Notes under the pieces: generated by a model
The model's input: only the letters and a program-made list of their open reading frames with translations
What the model was told of the DNA's origin: nothing
Database searches by the model: none
Origin: Dicyema japonicum
Taxonomy: Eukaryota; Animalia; Dicyemida
DNA: 64,000 nt
Direction: 5' to 3'
NCBI GenBank assembly: GCA_011109175.1
Contig: RDEW01000077.1
Location: 13,957 to 77,956 of the forward strand
In this document: piece after piece, positions 1 to 10,690 of the stretch
Position numbering within the stretch: position 1 is the stretch's first letter
How the letters are laid out: every line of letters starts with the position of its first letter
Translations under genes and position numbers: made by a program

Positions 1-395
1 GTTACTGCCGATGGATATCAATATCACGTGAGTAGTTAGTTTGGCGTTACCGTGGTCTTTGGAATTTTTTATTCATATTAAGTTTCCTAGTTAATTACAC
101 TTCATTGACATATAGAGCTGGTTCTGTAGAAAGACAAGATTAGCTCTCTCAGTTGTACTTAATAATACCTAAAAGTACTCTAAAGTAAGTTGAAAGTCGC
201 TAGACTCTGAAATCACTGACTAACAGTCGATACTGAAAATAATATTATGTTAGCGTTAGAAGAACAAAGAACGAAGGGTTATCGTATCATTGACTGAAAA
301 GGATATTAACTGATTAGCATCAGTCAAATAATAAATAGTTTTTTATATTAAAAAAATTCCCAATAAATCGATTTCACAGTGAAATTGCTTTAATC

Positions 396-1272
396 TTAAT
401 GTAAATTCGCGCAGTTCGTTTTGTTCCAAATCATCTCTGGGGGATTTTCCATATTTATGTTCACAATCTCCTTCTTAATTGCCATACAATAATCTTCACG
501 CGTCTTCTCACATAATTTTTCCACAATAAAACGATCCAGATAAGCTCTCTTCTTTCTAGCTCCATCTATTCCGAAATATCTTTTCATTCTGAAACGTGCG
601 ACCAGCAGTTTATGATCACTATAAGTGATGGTGCCTCCATAGCTGCGGGAGTCTGTTTGTAAAGCACGAAGAGATCTTTTACACATAACATAATCAATCT
701 GGATGTATATCCAGGCATAGTCACCGTTTCCATCCTTTCTGAGTCCTGTCCACGTAGTCTTATGCCTCGCATTGTGGTCGAATGCAGAATTACAAATGAA
801 GTAGTCAAACATGTTACAAAATTGCACGAGCGATTCTCCTGACATATTCCTCTTCCCCCTGACATGTCTACCCATACAGGGTTCTCTCCACGGACATAAA
901 CGAGCCTTTGAGATCAGAGATGGTATCCGTTAGTGACATGTAAAACAGATCAAGTTCATCGGGATTTGTAGAAACCCTCGCCATTGTGGACGCGTAGACA
1001 TTAATTATGGATATATAGGAATTATCATTCCTCCCACTTTTAATCGGGAGTACTGCTATTCTTTCATTCTCCCTCCACAATCTGTGGATTCTCCCATCAA
1101 GACATTTATGTATAGCAAAGCCAAGTCCGTAGTGGTTGCATTCGGAGTCTAGTAGTATAAGTCTAAACTCTTCGTAATTATCCTCCACTGCATCCTTTAC
1201 TTTAGTCTCCTGTATAATGCATATAGTGACTTTGTATGATGTTAAGTCACTTATTATATAATTACACAACAC
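396..1272 (-). mobile_element. RTE-like non-LTR retrotransposon, APE endonuclease region (frameshifted)
   Basis: ORFs 868-1272 and 396-875 read ICIIQETK...HYGLGF...INVYA then HKTTWTG...QIDYVMC...SDHKLLVARF, which are APE endonuclease motifs split by a frameshift. Confidence 0.85.
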
Positions 1273-1905
1273 GTGCAGTACTGAACACAGTGATTATTCA
1301 CGCACCAGTGGGGAGCCGTGCCCAATGAAGCAGGCTACCCTAGAAGACACGACAATTTCCTTGCCGGTATAGGATCACTTAGTTTGTTGAAACCAATAAC
1401 TTAATGTTGAGTAGAAGAATTTAGCTTACACAGACTAAGGCCATTTTTAACTTGATTATACAAAACGAATGAAGGTAGTTCTTTTAATATATTTTTTAAT
1501 GTCAGCATCTCCAAATAATCGCTATACCTCGTTGTTATCATGGGATCCAACATACTCGATGTCTAATAATGCTACAGGAAAAAGTCTAGTCAACCGCAAA
1601 TCTATTCCGAACCAATTACCGTCCGAACCAGGTTTAATTAGTTAACCCCAACCACGCTACCTTGTAGGCTGGCTATCCTCAGGCGTCCAGTAGCTAGTAC
1701 GGAACGGTTTCACAAGTCTCTGATGTTCACCGGAGGTCCTTGGCCGAACAAAGCTTTTTGTAAAATCAATGATTACTTATCAGGTGGAGGAAGACAAAAG
1801 CCCGATTCGTCTTATAGGGGAAAGTGTCGTGAGCGTAATTGCGCTAGAGTCCTCCTAAATTATGATCATTTAATTACGTACTTTTGCAATACATGCTTCA
1901 CGAAA

Positions 1906-3265
1906 TAAGGCTCTAAATGAATTAATGAAATTTTTTTAATATTACATCTAAAATAAAAAAAATGAACAATGCCGAATTTGTAAATGTTATTATAATTTTT
2001 TTTAAATAAATTGCTCAATCTTAACGACTTAGTGGTGTTAAAACGATACCGGAGATTTCGAAAATAGCCGCGTGGCGCCATGTGGTGCTTCGTGGCTAAT
2101 TGATAGAAGTTTCTGTTTCGTTCGTCTGTTCCTCCTCTCTCTTCCTACTAGAGTGGCGTCATGTGACCCACCTGTCTAGGTGGCGCACAGTGCCAGGCCG
2201 GCACGAAAAAGGATCATTTGCTCTCCCCCACTCCACTGGAGGGGTTTCCACGACTGTAACTATCGACCTCTTTTATCCTTTATGCTTATTCCGGATGGAC
2301 TCTGTTTCTGTAGAAGTGGAAACTGGATACACTTAATTAGTTGTTTACTTTAACTTCTTTCTCGGTGTATCCGGGGTTAATGAATGAATAAAACAATACC
2401 GTCAAAGTCAAAGCTGAGCTATTAACGACCCCCTACCTAAAAAGAAACCGTTATGGGCTTCATATAGATGCTTATATTCAGTCCCTTAGCGAAAATAAGT
2501 CAGTTGTTTCTACGCAGCGTGATGTTAGGTGGACAATATCCTACGATCGCATCTATTAATTCATCGAAGGAGTTGTCCAAATGGCTCACTTGCCTTCTCC
2601 ACAAAAATTCTACAAAATAACTCGGAGTATTTAATACCTGCAAAACATGAACTCATATAGTGACGCGCGGTACCTCTTTGTCTTTTATTGCGCCATTTTG
2701 CGCTTCCCCACATTCTAAATTTTCCTATTTAGTTTGTATGTGAACCTCTGAACAGTCTGCGTACGTGCACCTGTCCTCGGGTATACAAAATTTCTTCTGC
2801 AAATTTATAAACGAATTTTGATAAACCTGTGATTAACAAATACAGGTTTGTAACGAAACTGTCGTGCGTTCAAGTAACGTACCTAAAAATAAAGTACTCT
2901 TTTATTATACTGTTTCTGACAGAACTATAAGTTCGACACCCGCTTCTATCGCACACCCATGTTGTATTCTCCCGCTGATGGGAAAGGGTCATCAAATGTC
3001 TTTTAAGGCATTTCTTTTCTTTCGGGAAGATTCCAACCTCCTGAAGGAAGGCAACTGACTCCATTTTAGAATGTGGTAGTTCGTAGTCCTTCAGTTTTGA
3101 ATATTTTCGCATAACAACTGTATCACTCATCCCCACAAGCCGGTAAAAAATTCAAAATTTTATTTAAAAAAATTTATATTAACATTTACAAATTCGCCAT
3201 TGTTCATTTTTTTAAATTTTAGATCTAATATTCAAAAAAATTTCATTAATTCATTTAGAGCCTTA
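1906..3265 (-). mobile_element. Internally deleted Merlin (IS1016-like) DNA transposon with ~108 bp TIRs
   Basis: 1906-2012 and 3157-3265 are inverted repeats (TAAGGCTCTAAATGAATTAATG...). N-terminal AFLQEVGIFPKEKKC..H.M...W.C...C at 2870-3136. C-terminal TGARTQ..WGSAKWRNKRQRGT..EFLWRR..DNSFDELIDAI at ~2540-2790. The central DDE region appears deleted and no TSD was found. Confidence 0.8.
2067..2392 (+). repeat. Short non-coding SINE-like element (family A) inserted in the Merlin
   Basis: Homologous to 41675-41965 and 58640-58905, with partial units at 34530-34720 (minus). Ends in a GGATACAC...GTGTATCC stem and a TAATGAATGAATAAA tail. Confidence 0.8.
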
Positions 3266-3285
3266 CAGACATAATCGACGTTGCG

Positions 3286-4080
3286 ATGCCTTTCGCGATT
3301 GCAACAGAGATCAACTGGAGAAGCCACCGAGACTCATGTGCTTCGTGGCTTTATAGTACAGCCAGGCATCCACGCTTCATTTTTATTTTTCCAGAACTTG
3401 ATGATTTTTATTCGAGTCTATTCGAAATTTATTCTCAACTCTGGTCGTGCAGACTAATTTTTGTTGCAGGAGACTGGAATTCCAAAGCGGGAACTAAACG
3501 TAGTGATGAAAACTGAATGGAATTTACGGAAGAGGCTATCGTAACTCATCTGCAAACTTTCTGGTAAACTTCTACAATGCCTATTATTTGTTTTGTGCAA
3601 CACAGCCATTCAGCATGCCGTTAGAAAAAATCAAAATGGAGGGGAAATAAATGTCTAAACCAGATTGACTATATTTTATGTAAACAGACAGTTAAAAGAC
3701 TTCTAACGGACTCACGTTTTTATGGATGAACTTTGAAGAATAGCGATCACAAGATCGTAGTCAGTAAGTTAAGACTCCGAAGGCTTTATGGAATATCTTA
3801 TGAGAACCACGCCACTCCAGAAAGAACACAGAAGATTGAAGTTGAAGAACTGGCAAATAATGCTACTCTAACAAATATTAGATGAAAATGGAAGAATATT
3901 TATCTGAAGTCTCGATGGATGATGATAAACCTAATATCATGTGGGAGAGAATAGCTCGAGCCATAATGTCCGCTAAAGAAACGGTTAAGACATGTGAACG
4001 AAATTCTCTACATGAGATCAGGTGCACGCCAATCAAGGTCAGACTTTCTGAATGAAAGTGCTGCAAGTGGAGAAGCTACA
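3286..4080 (+). mobile_element. RTE-like endonuclease relic
   Basis: ELDDFY...IFVAGDWNSKAG, then NQIDYI..., DHKIVVSKLRLRRLYG with stops and frameshifts. Confidence 0.75.
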
Positions 4081-4139
4081 TCCATATGGGAAAATGCTCA
4101 TGGTTGTACGACTCCTTATTCGAGGATCAAATAAAACCA

Positions 4140-4480
4140 ACTTAAAAATACAAGACAAGTGTGGTCATTTTGTATTGGACACTAAATGCTCCGCAAACCT
4201 CATAGCGATTATTTTGAAATAATTTAATAAGAGACATCTTACTTCTTTCACAATACCAAGGGAAGTCCTGTTTACTTAATAATGCATTCACGGGTCTTAA
4301 ATCCTGGAAGGTCTCAGGGGCTTGAATAATAACAGAGCACTGGCTTTGACAATATTTGTACTCTAAAATACTTCCAGACTCAGTTAGCGATATTCTTTAT
4401 GTTCAACGAGATCTTTCAAGACTCATGTCCATTTAACATTTCAATGGAGATTACTGCCTTTACAACAACTGGCAAAAGTG
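4140..4480 (-). mobile_element. Possible LTR (Gypsy-like) reverse transcriptase relic
   Basis: Minus strand gives QDLRPVNA followed, after a frameshift, by ...LNYFKIIAMRFAEH, loosely resembling DxRxLN...YFSxLDLxxAYHQ. Weak match. Confidence 0.3.
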
Positions 4481-5724
4481 GGGGCTACTAAACAAACTGA
4501 GGCCCAGTTAACGTTTCAGTGAAAAACAATTCTGTCATAGATCTGACTCGGATATTATGTTAGGTTGACCGATCAGACGTACAGCTCTGAAAATGATGTA
4601 CATTGAATTGTCGTAGGTTTGGTTCTTTGAATGCTCGAGCAGAGACGACTCTTGTCGTTTCCGTGACTTCTCCGCCTCTTAAGGTTTGGGGATGAAAACC
4701 TAATTAAGGTATCCATAAGAACTATGCTTGCAGGAACGTGATTACTGTTTATGGTTTTCTACTCAAACGGGATCTACAGGCTGTATTTGGTTAAGCGGGA
4801 TGACCTAATTATCTTTGCGACGGATCTCCCTCCTTTACTGATGCGGTGATCAGTCACACCTCAATCAGGTATGTAACTACGATCCGCAAATAAATGATTT
4901 GAGATTCACTTCTTTCAGTTTGGTTGGATGTGATCAGAGGACATGAAGTGAAAAGCAGAGAAGGCAGATCCAGGCATCTTGTTTATTGCCACGGACTGCT
5001 TTGATGATTAGCGTCGAAAGACAGGAGGCAGTTGTTAGACGCGCCAACCTTGGGACCCTGAGTGGGATATCTCTCACCAACACAAACTGAATCAAGCGGC
5101 GTAAGCATTCATCCGTGTTAGATAGGTCCAGGACAAATACAAAGGAGGGCTCCTTCCGCCTGCTGTGATTTCCAAGGCTTGAGTGGCATGACTAATTTTG
5201 CAGAGATTATGGTACCCTTCTTGTTATCTTGTAGCATCCAAGGTGTCCAAAATTTGGGGAACGGGAGCATTAATACCGAATTTCCTCTTGTTACTTTGCC
5301 ACTGATTAGACAGGGAAGTATGGTTGATTATGTCCACTTTCGGTGCATTGTCGTTCGTTTGTCAGTGAAGCTCACCATTTTTAATCCGAGACTCAAAAGC
5401 GGCTCACTAGACAAACTCAACACGTTTCTTAATTTTAGAGTGGGGAAGAAAAGTGTCTGCTCGGTTGAAATTCTTACAAATTTTATAATATAATTTTTCC
5501 GCGGAAACGCTTACTCCGTAATGTCAGCAGCCGTTCTCCCTATAGTTAATAAATGTCGTATAGCATCACGTCCGGGCTGATAAGTCTTACTTATCATTCT
5601 AAAACAAATGGTTACCGGCTTCTTTTCGGAGGAAAAACGAAATTTTTAATTTCGTCCAAAAACATGTTTAATTTCGTCCAAAAACAAAAAAGGGAGACTT
5701 TGACATCGGTCCCCGATTTTCGGA

Positions 5725-5960
5725 TTAATTAGGGTGAATTAAAGAATGGATTAGGGTCTATTTGAGAAGGAATTAAGGAATGTTAGAGAGTGGATTAGGT
5801 TGTATTAGAGAATGGATTAGGGTGAATTAGAAGATGCGTTAGGGTAAATTAGAGAATGAGTTATGTTGTATTAGAGAATGGATTAGGGTAATTAGGAGTT
5901 AGTTTGAATTATAAAATGAGTTAGGGTGAATTAAATAATAGGTTAGGGTGAAATAGAGCA
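5725..5960 (+). repeat. 22-bp minisatellite (~10 units) containing TTAGGG
   Basis: Consensus ~TTAGGGTGAATTAGAGAATGGA. TTAGGG occurs at 5729, 5751, 5817, 5839, 5883, 5921 and 5943, with variants at 5795, 5861 and 5899. Confidence 0.9.
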
Positions 5961-6164
5961 TCAGTTGTTTCTATACATTCATAAATTTTATTTTATTGAC
6001 AGAATTCGATGTTGAACTTTAATTAAATTGACTTGTAATTTTTATCCATAAATTCTCTTTTTATTTTTAATATTAAAATAAAAAAATGAAATAAAAAATT
6101 AATAATATTAAACAATTTTTTTTAAACAAAAAAATTTTTTAACAATTAAACAAATGTCAGTTGA

Positions 6165-6355
6165 ACTATTTTGAATGGAGACCTGTCGGCTGTGGGACTG
6201 AAGCTCACTTCCGCAGACGACCTAGATACCTTAAGGGAACTGGCACGAAGTAGAGGGTCCTGGAAGAGGCTGATAGAGAGGATGGCTAGAAATACGGCAC
6301 AAGGGAGGCTTGATTAATTTTATGACTTCTCGGGAGTGCTTTAAATAATAATAAT
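6165..6355 (+). mobile_element. 5'-truncated RTE 3' end with (AAT)n tail and 13-bp TSD
   Basis: DLSAVGLKLTSADDLDTLRELARSRGSWKRLIER. TSD AAATGTCAGTTGA at 6152-6164 and 6356-6368. Confidence 0.85.
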
Positions 6356-6360
6356 AAATG

Positions 6361-6575
6361 TCAGTTGAGGAAACCTGCTGCGTGGATTGCGAACGAATTC
6401 CCTCGGAGTATGGCTATTCCTATCTTTTGTCTTAGCCATAACCCTTCTCGTTGATCCCTTTTCTTTCTGGCAAGCAATCCTCCGAGTTCTTGCAAGAATT
6501 CAGCCGTCATTGGACCAACGGCTCCCGATGATTCGGTCGCAACAGGAGTAAATCGGTAGCGATCCCGAGGCAATT
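6361..6575 (-). mobile_element. CRE-clade non-LTR 3' end (REL endonuclease C-terminus)
   Basis: YRFTPVATESSGAVGP...LQELG...RQKIGIAILRGNS. Confidence 0.85.
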
Positions 6576-7619
6576 AAAAAAATAAAATAAAAAAAAAATT
6601 AATATATTATTACTATAAATAACTCCTTAGTTAAAAGCTACCCAAATTTTATTATACATAATTCAAATATCAATTTTTTGGGGTTTCTGTGTTATGCAAG
6701 CAATAAATTTTTGAACTTTTGACTTTGTTACGTTTTCAATCCTTTTGATGATGTGTAGTAGTTCAATATTAGTGGTTATATGGATATATTGTGATTCCTT
6801 TGGTTTCATTAAGACTCCTGTAACCACATGTTTTGGACTGATAAGTTTGACTTATCAGCCCGAACACGAAGATGAGCCCGGGTTCTCATACTATACGACA
6901 ATAAATAATATTTTATTGTTATAAATAAATATTTTAAATAGAAAAAAATAGTTTTTGAAATTGCAAAATTTTAAATTGTATCAAGACAAAGTCACATTAG
7001 GCAGTAAGTGAATTGAGGTATTGCCCTGTGAGTTTTGGACTGCAGAGTCAACTTTCATTTAATAGAGTACTTTTAATTCAACCTTTATCGAAGAATCCAA
7101 CATATCGAGGCAGAACTGATATTTTTTAAGTGATTTTTTCTAAATTTATTCTGGAAGTGACTACATCACAGACTGAATAGATAGTTTCTTTTTTAACTGG
7201 AAACTTAAATTCAGTCGAATAATCAGATGTGTTCCGATGCTCCTCTGGGAAGGCTGAGATGAGTTTTCTGAGTTTTAGAAAGGCTCCAATGGTTTCCACA
7301 GAGGACATCACATATGAGGTCAACATACTCCCGACATTTAAATGTTTCAACTATCCCAGCTGATTGACAGGCTATGGTTTCACTCTGAGAAAAGTTGTTC
7401 AAAGCTGGACTGTTCGTACACGTGGCACCTGGAGGTCAAGTAATTGATTTTATAGTAAAAGTTACTAATATTAACAAATTTAGACCATAAATACATTATA
7501 AAACGATTGTAGTTATGGAAATGTTGTGAAAAGATTGAAAGAGCAGTTTACTAATTTCCTTTGTCTTAGCCAAAGTTATCTCATCTATGGATGTCTTTGT
7601 CACCAGCATCAGTAATCCC

Positions 7620-7830
7620 TATAGAGACTCAAAAGCAACCAAAGAAGTGACACGTTTAGTATAATTTTATTGACCCGAATACTTTGTCCATACATAGCAC
7701 ATAGAAATGTTCTCATCTCACTAAAAATATAACAAATTGTGGGACATTCCATAATGGAAGAAAAAAAAGAAAATAGGAGCCGCGTGTCAACATCTAAACA
7801 GATATTTCGCCGAGTTTATGTAAAAGCAGA
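7620..7830 (+). mobile_element. Merlin transposase C-terminal relic
   Basis: NFIDPNT.VHT*HIE and QHLNRYFAEFM*K across frameshifts, matching the Merlin/ISXO2 HTxxIE...YLxEFxWR pattern. Confidence 0.55.
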
Positions 7831-7949
7831 CATAAACACAATAAAATCGACACAATATTAGTGAAAATACTGAATTTTCGTACAAAAATTAAAAAAATTA
7901 AATTTATTGGATATCCTTTTACCATACGATGGATAGCGCTTACATCACT

Positions 7950-8205
7950 AGCCATTCCAGATAAGGGCGCCTGCCTTCTCCCCTGTAGTACCTTCTCCGT
8001 AGCCTTTTAATACAGGGGGCATCTTTAATGGCTCGCCCTATGTCCCTCCTTGTCACAGTTCACACACTCGAGAGACCTGACTTTGGTTGGCAAGCTTTCC
8101 GCGAATTTGGACCCCAGCAATTCAGGCACTTCTCTTTGTAAGTGCATCGCACTGGTGTGGCCGAATCCTTGGCAGGTATAGGACTAAATTGTTGTTGTTT
8201 GCTGT
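7950..8205 (-). mobile_element. Non-LTR ORF1 (gag-like) relic with three zinc knuckles
   Basis: YTCQGFGHTSA / KCLNCWGPNSRKAC / ECVNCDKEGHRASH*RCP in shifting frames, as in I/Jockey/R1-type ORF1. Confidence 0.7.
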
Positions 8206-8229
8206 AAGGCCACACCGAACCTAGTAACA

Positions 8230-9830
8230 CAGTGGTTCCCAAAGTGTGCCTAGAGGCACCCTAGGGTACCTCATTTTGGATCCGGGGTGCCTCAAAAAAA
8301 ATTTAATTTAAATTAAATTTTTTGTTTTAATATTCCACGCCTACTTGAATTTCGCGTGTTATTTTTTCTTGTTGATTGATAGTATGCCTATTAAAGTTTG
8401 TAACTTTATTATTCTACTTCTAGAATAGAAACTATAAGAAAGAATACCTTGCTTATGGATTTTGCCAGTTTGAGGACGATTCGAAGAGAGCAAAATGTAT
8501 GATCTGCCACAAATTATGTAAAAAGAGACACTAGTACTATCTACGCTCCATCAACATTTCGTTGTTAAGCACAAAGAATTGAAAAACAAAGATACATCTT
8601 TTTCTGAAAAAATGCTTGCTGCTTTTAGTAAATAGAAAGATTCGATGAAAAACTTTACAAAAGATGAAAATTTAAAAGCCACTGAAGCTTCCTATGAAGT
8701 TGATTATAATTTTTAATTTATTGTAGATTAGTTTTTTTTATAAAAAATGGAAGAGCTCACACTATAACGGAATCTTTGATAAAACCTTGTTTAAAAAAAT
8801 TTTATCTTGCTTTTATTATTATTATTATTATTATTATTTAAACACTTCCGCATGTGCAACAAAAGAAACCAGGTTAGCATCCTTTTCCATGCTCCCCTGT
8901 TCCTAGCCAAGACTCATGTTGTCCAGGTCGTCGGCATTTTTGAATTTCTTTTGATATTGACCAGGTCTTTTTGTAAGACTATTGGCAGTGTTGTCCTAAA
9001 TCTTTTACGATAGCGGCCTTCTTGACTAACATAGTATGTTTCCATAGATATGTTCGGCGTGGATGTTAATTCCATCTTCAGCACGTGTCCGAAGAACTTC
9101 AATCGGGATTCCAGTACTTCTTACTGATAGGTCTAGTGTTGCATCTCTTATGTAAAGCATTCCTCGATATTCTCGTAGGCCAAGTAGTTCCTGTTATTTT
9201 TCTCAGCTGACCTCTGTGGAACGAGTCTAGTTTTTCCATATACGCTGATGAGGTCGCCCAAGTTCCAGCGTTATATAAAAGTACGGGTTCTATGAATGAG
9301 TCGTATAATAGGATTCTCATTTTTGTGTCGATGCCTCTTTGATTGAGCCATAGATTCTTCAGTTTATATAACGCAGCATTGGCTAGAGTTTTCCTACGTA
9401 AAATATATTCGCTATCTCTCATAAGTGAACCGAGCCACTTCTCTTCTAGAACGTTACTCATCCTTCTTATCTCTGTGAGTTCTGTTTTTTCTCTGTTCAC
9501 AGTAAGAAAACATTTCCCTAGTACATCTGGTGCTTTTTCTAATAGGTTTTCCAGGACCTCTTTGTCTTCAGAAATTAGGTCTACATCGTCCGCGTAAATC
9601 ATTTCTTCTGTCTTTCCTTGGTATAACGGTCTAAGTTACATCATAGCGGCTTCCAAATAAATTGTGAATAGTAGAGGAGAAAGGGATGATAATTCTCAAA
9701 AAATTAATTCGATTCAGTTTTCTAACAGCACTGTAAAAACGACACATTGATGATCTTTCCAATGACATTGAAGATCAATTAATTTCCCGCTTAAAAAAAC
9801 TAAGTAACCAATGCGTATTTTCTCGAACCA
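8230..9830 (+). mobile_element. Buster-type hAT transposon relic interrupted by an RTE
   Basis: TIR CAGTGGTTCCCAAAGTG at 8230, preceded by TAGTAACA (nnnTAnnn). KCMICH, KATEASYEV and AHTITESLIKPC at ~8490-8790 resume after the RTE as SNST.KRHIDDLSNDIEDQLISRLK at ~9715-9800. Confidence 0.75.
8811..9690 (-). mobile_element. RTE-like RT / 3' end with (TAA)n tail
   Basis: SLSPLLFTIYLEA..., YADDVD, LLYNAGTW, FFGHVL, RTTLP. Microsatellite tail at ~8811-8838. Confidence 0.85.
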
Positions 9831-9979
9831 GATCCTTGTTAAATCCAGCAATTGATATCGTGTTATCATGGTAACACGCAAAAAAAACAGGTTGCCCATA
9901 GGCTTTAACCTATATGACATAATATAATTTATTGATAATAAACTTTAACATCGATATCTTCAAGAGACCGTTTTAAACT

Positions 9980-10690
9980 AGTTGCTTGAGTGGATGACAC
10001 ATAATGTATATGTCTAGCCTCCAAGTACAGAACATTCAATCAGCAATTCAGTCCTCTCAACAAATGGTGACAAGCTGGAACTATGGCTCTCAACATGTCA
10101 GCAACAAAGTCCCCTGTCACGCTGTTTACCACTTACAAAAGACAGCTCTTTGTCGAACCAATAAACCTTATGAAGAACGAGGCTATTCCTATTAGCAAAA
10201 CACCGAGGATTTTGGGAGTAACCTTTGATCATAAACTTTCCCTTATCTGACATGTTGATAACAAAGTAACTTGCGCTCTGGAGAAAATACGAATTTTAAA
10301 AGTGAAAACACTTAGTAACCAAACTGGGAGCCTAGCCACGGTTTATGAACAATTTATCCGACCTACGATGTTGTATGCAAGTCAATTGTGGGCAATGCAG
10401 ATTTCACAATACTAGTCATTGCTGATTGGACCAGAGAACAATATCCAGCCTATTGAAAATCTTCTAATTGAATTATAACGAAAATTCATAAAAGCGCCAG
10501 TCTACCGAGCTGCCCCCTGTTTCATATACTATCGAAATATCTACTAACTTGTAAAACGTTTGAGCCGATGCCATGTCCAATGTGAAGAGCTGTACCCCGT
10601 CTGATTCGTAATCTCCCTTGTCGGTCTGGGATCACTTAGTTGAGAATTTTTATTTCTTTCTATGATCCAGTGATCCTGGGAGTAATAAAT
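9980..10690 (+). mobile_element. Ingi/Vingi-like LINE RT C-terminus and 3' end
   Basis: KTPRILGVTFDHKL...YEQFIRPTMLYASQLW. Ends with a GGATCAC (10629)...GTGATCC (10670) stem and an AT-rich tail. Confidence 0.75.

Larger units (their letters stand above)
5554..6900. mobile_element. Non-autonomous TIR element with TGT...ACA termini and a 5-bp TSD (Ginger-like termini)
   Basis: Starts TGTCGTATAG at 5554 and ends CTATACGACA at 6900. An imperfect IR extends ~70-90 bp (CGGGCTGATAAGTC..ACTTATCA..AAAACA..TGGTTAC). ATAAA flanks both sides (5549-5553, 6901-6905). No transposase seen inside. Confidence 0.7.

Noticed and set aside
5179-5493. 104-aa plus-strand ORF
   Set aside because: TTG start, no recognisable domain, and located in degenerate sequence.
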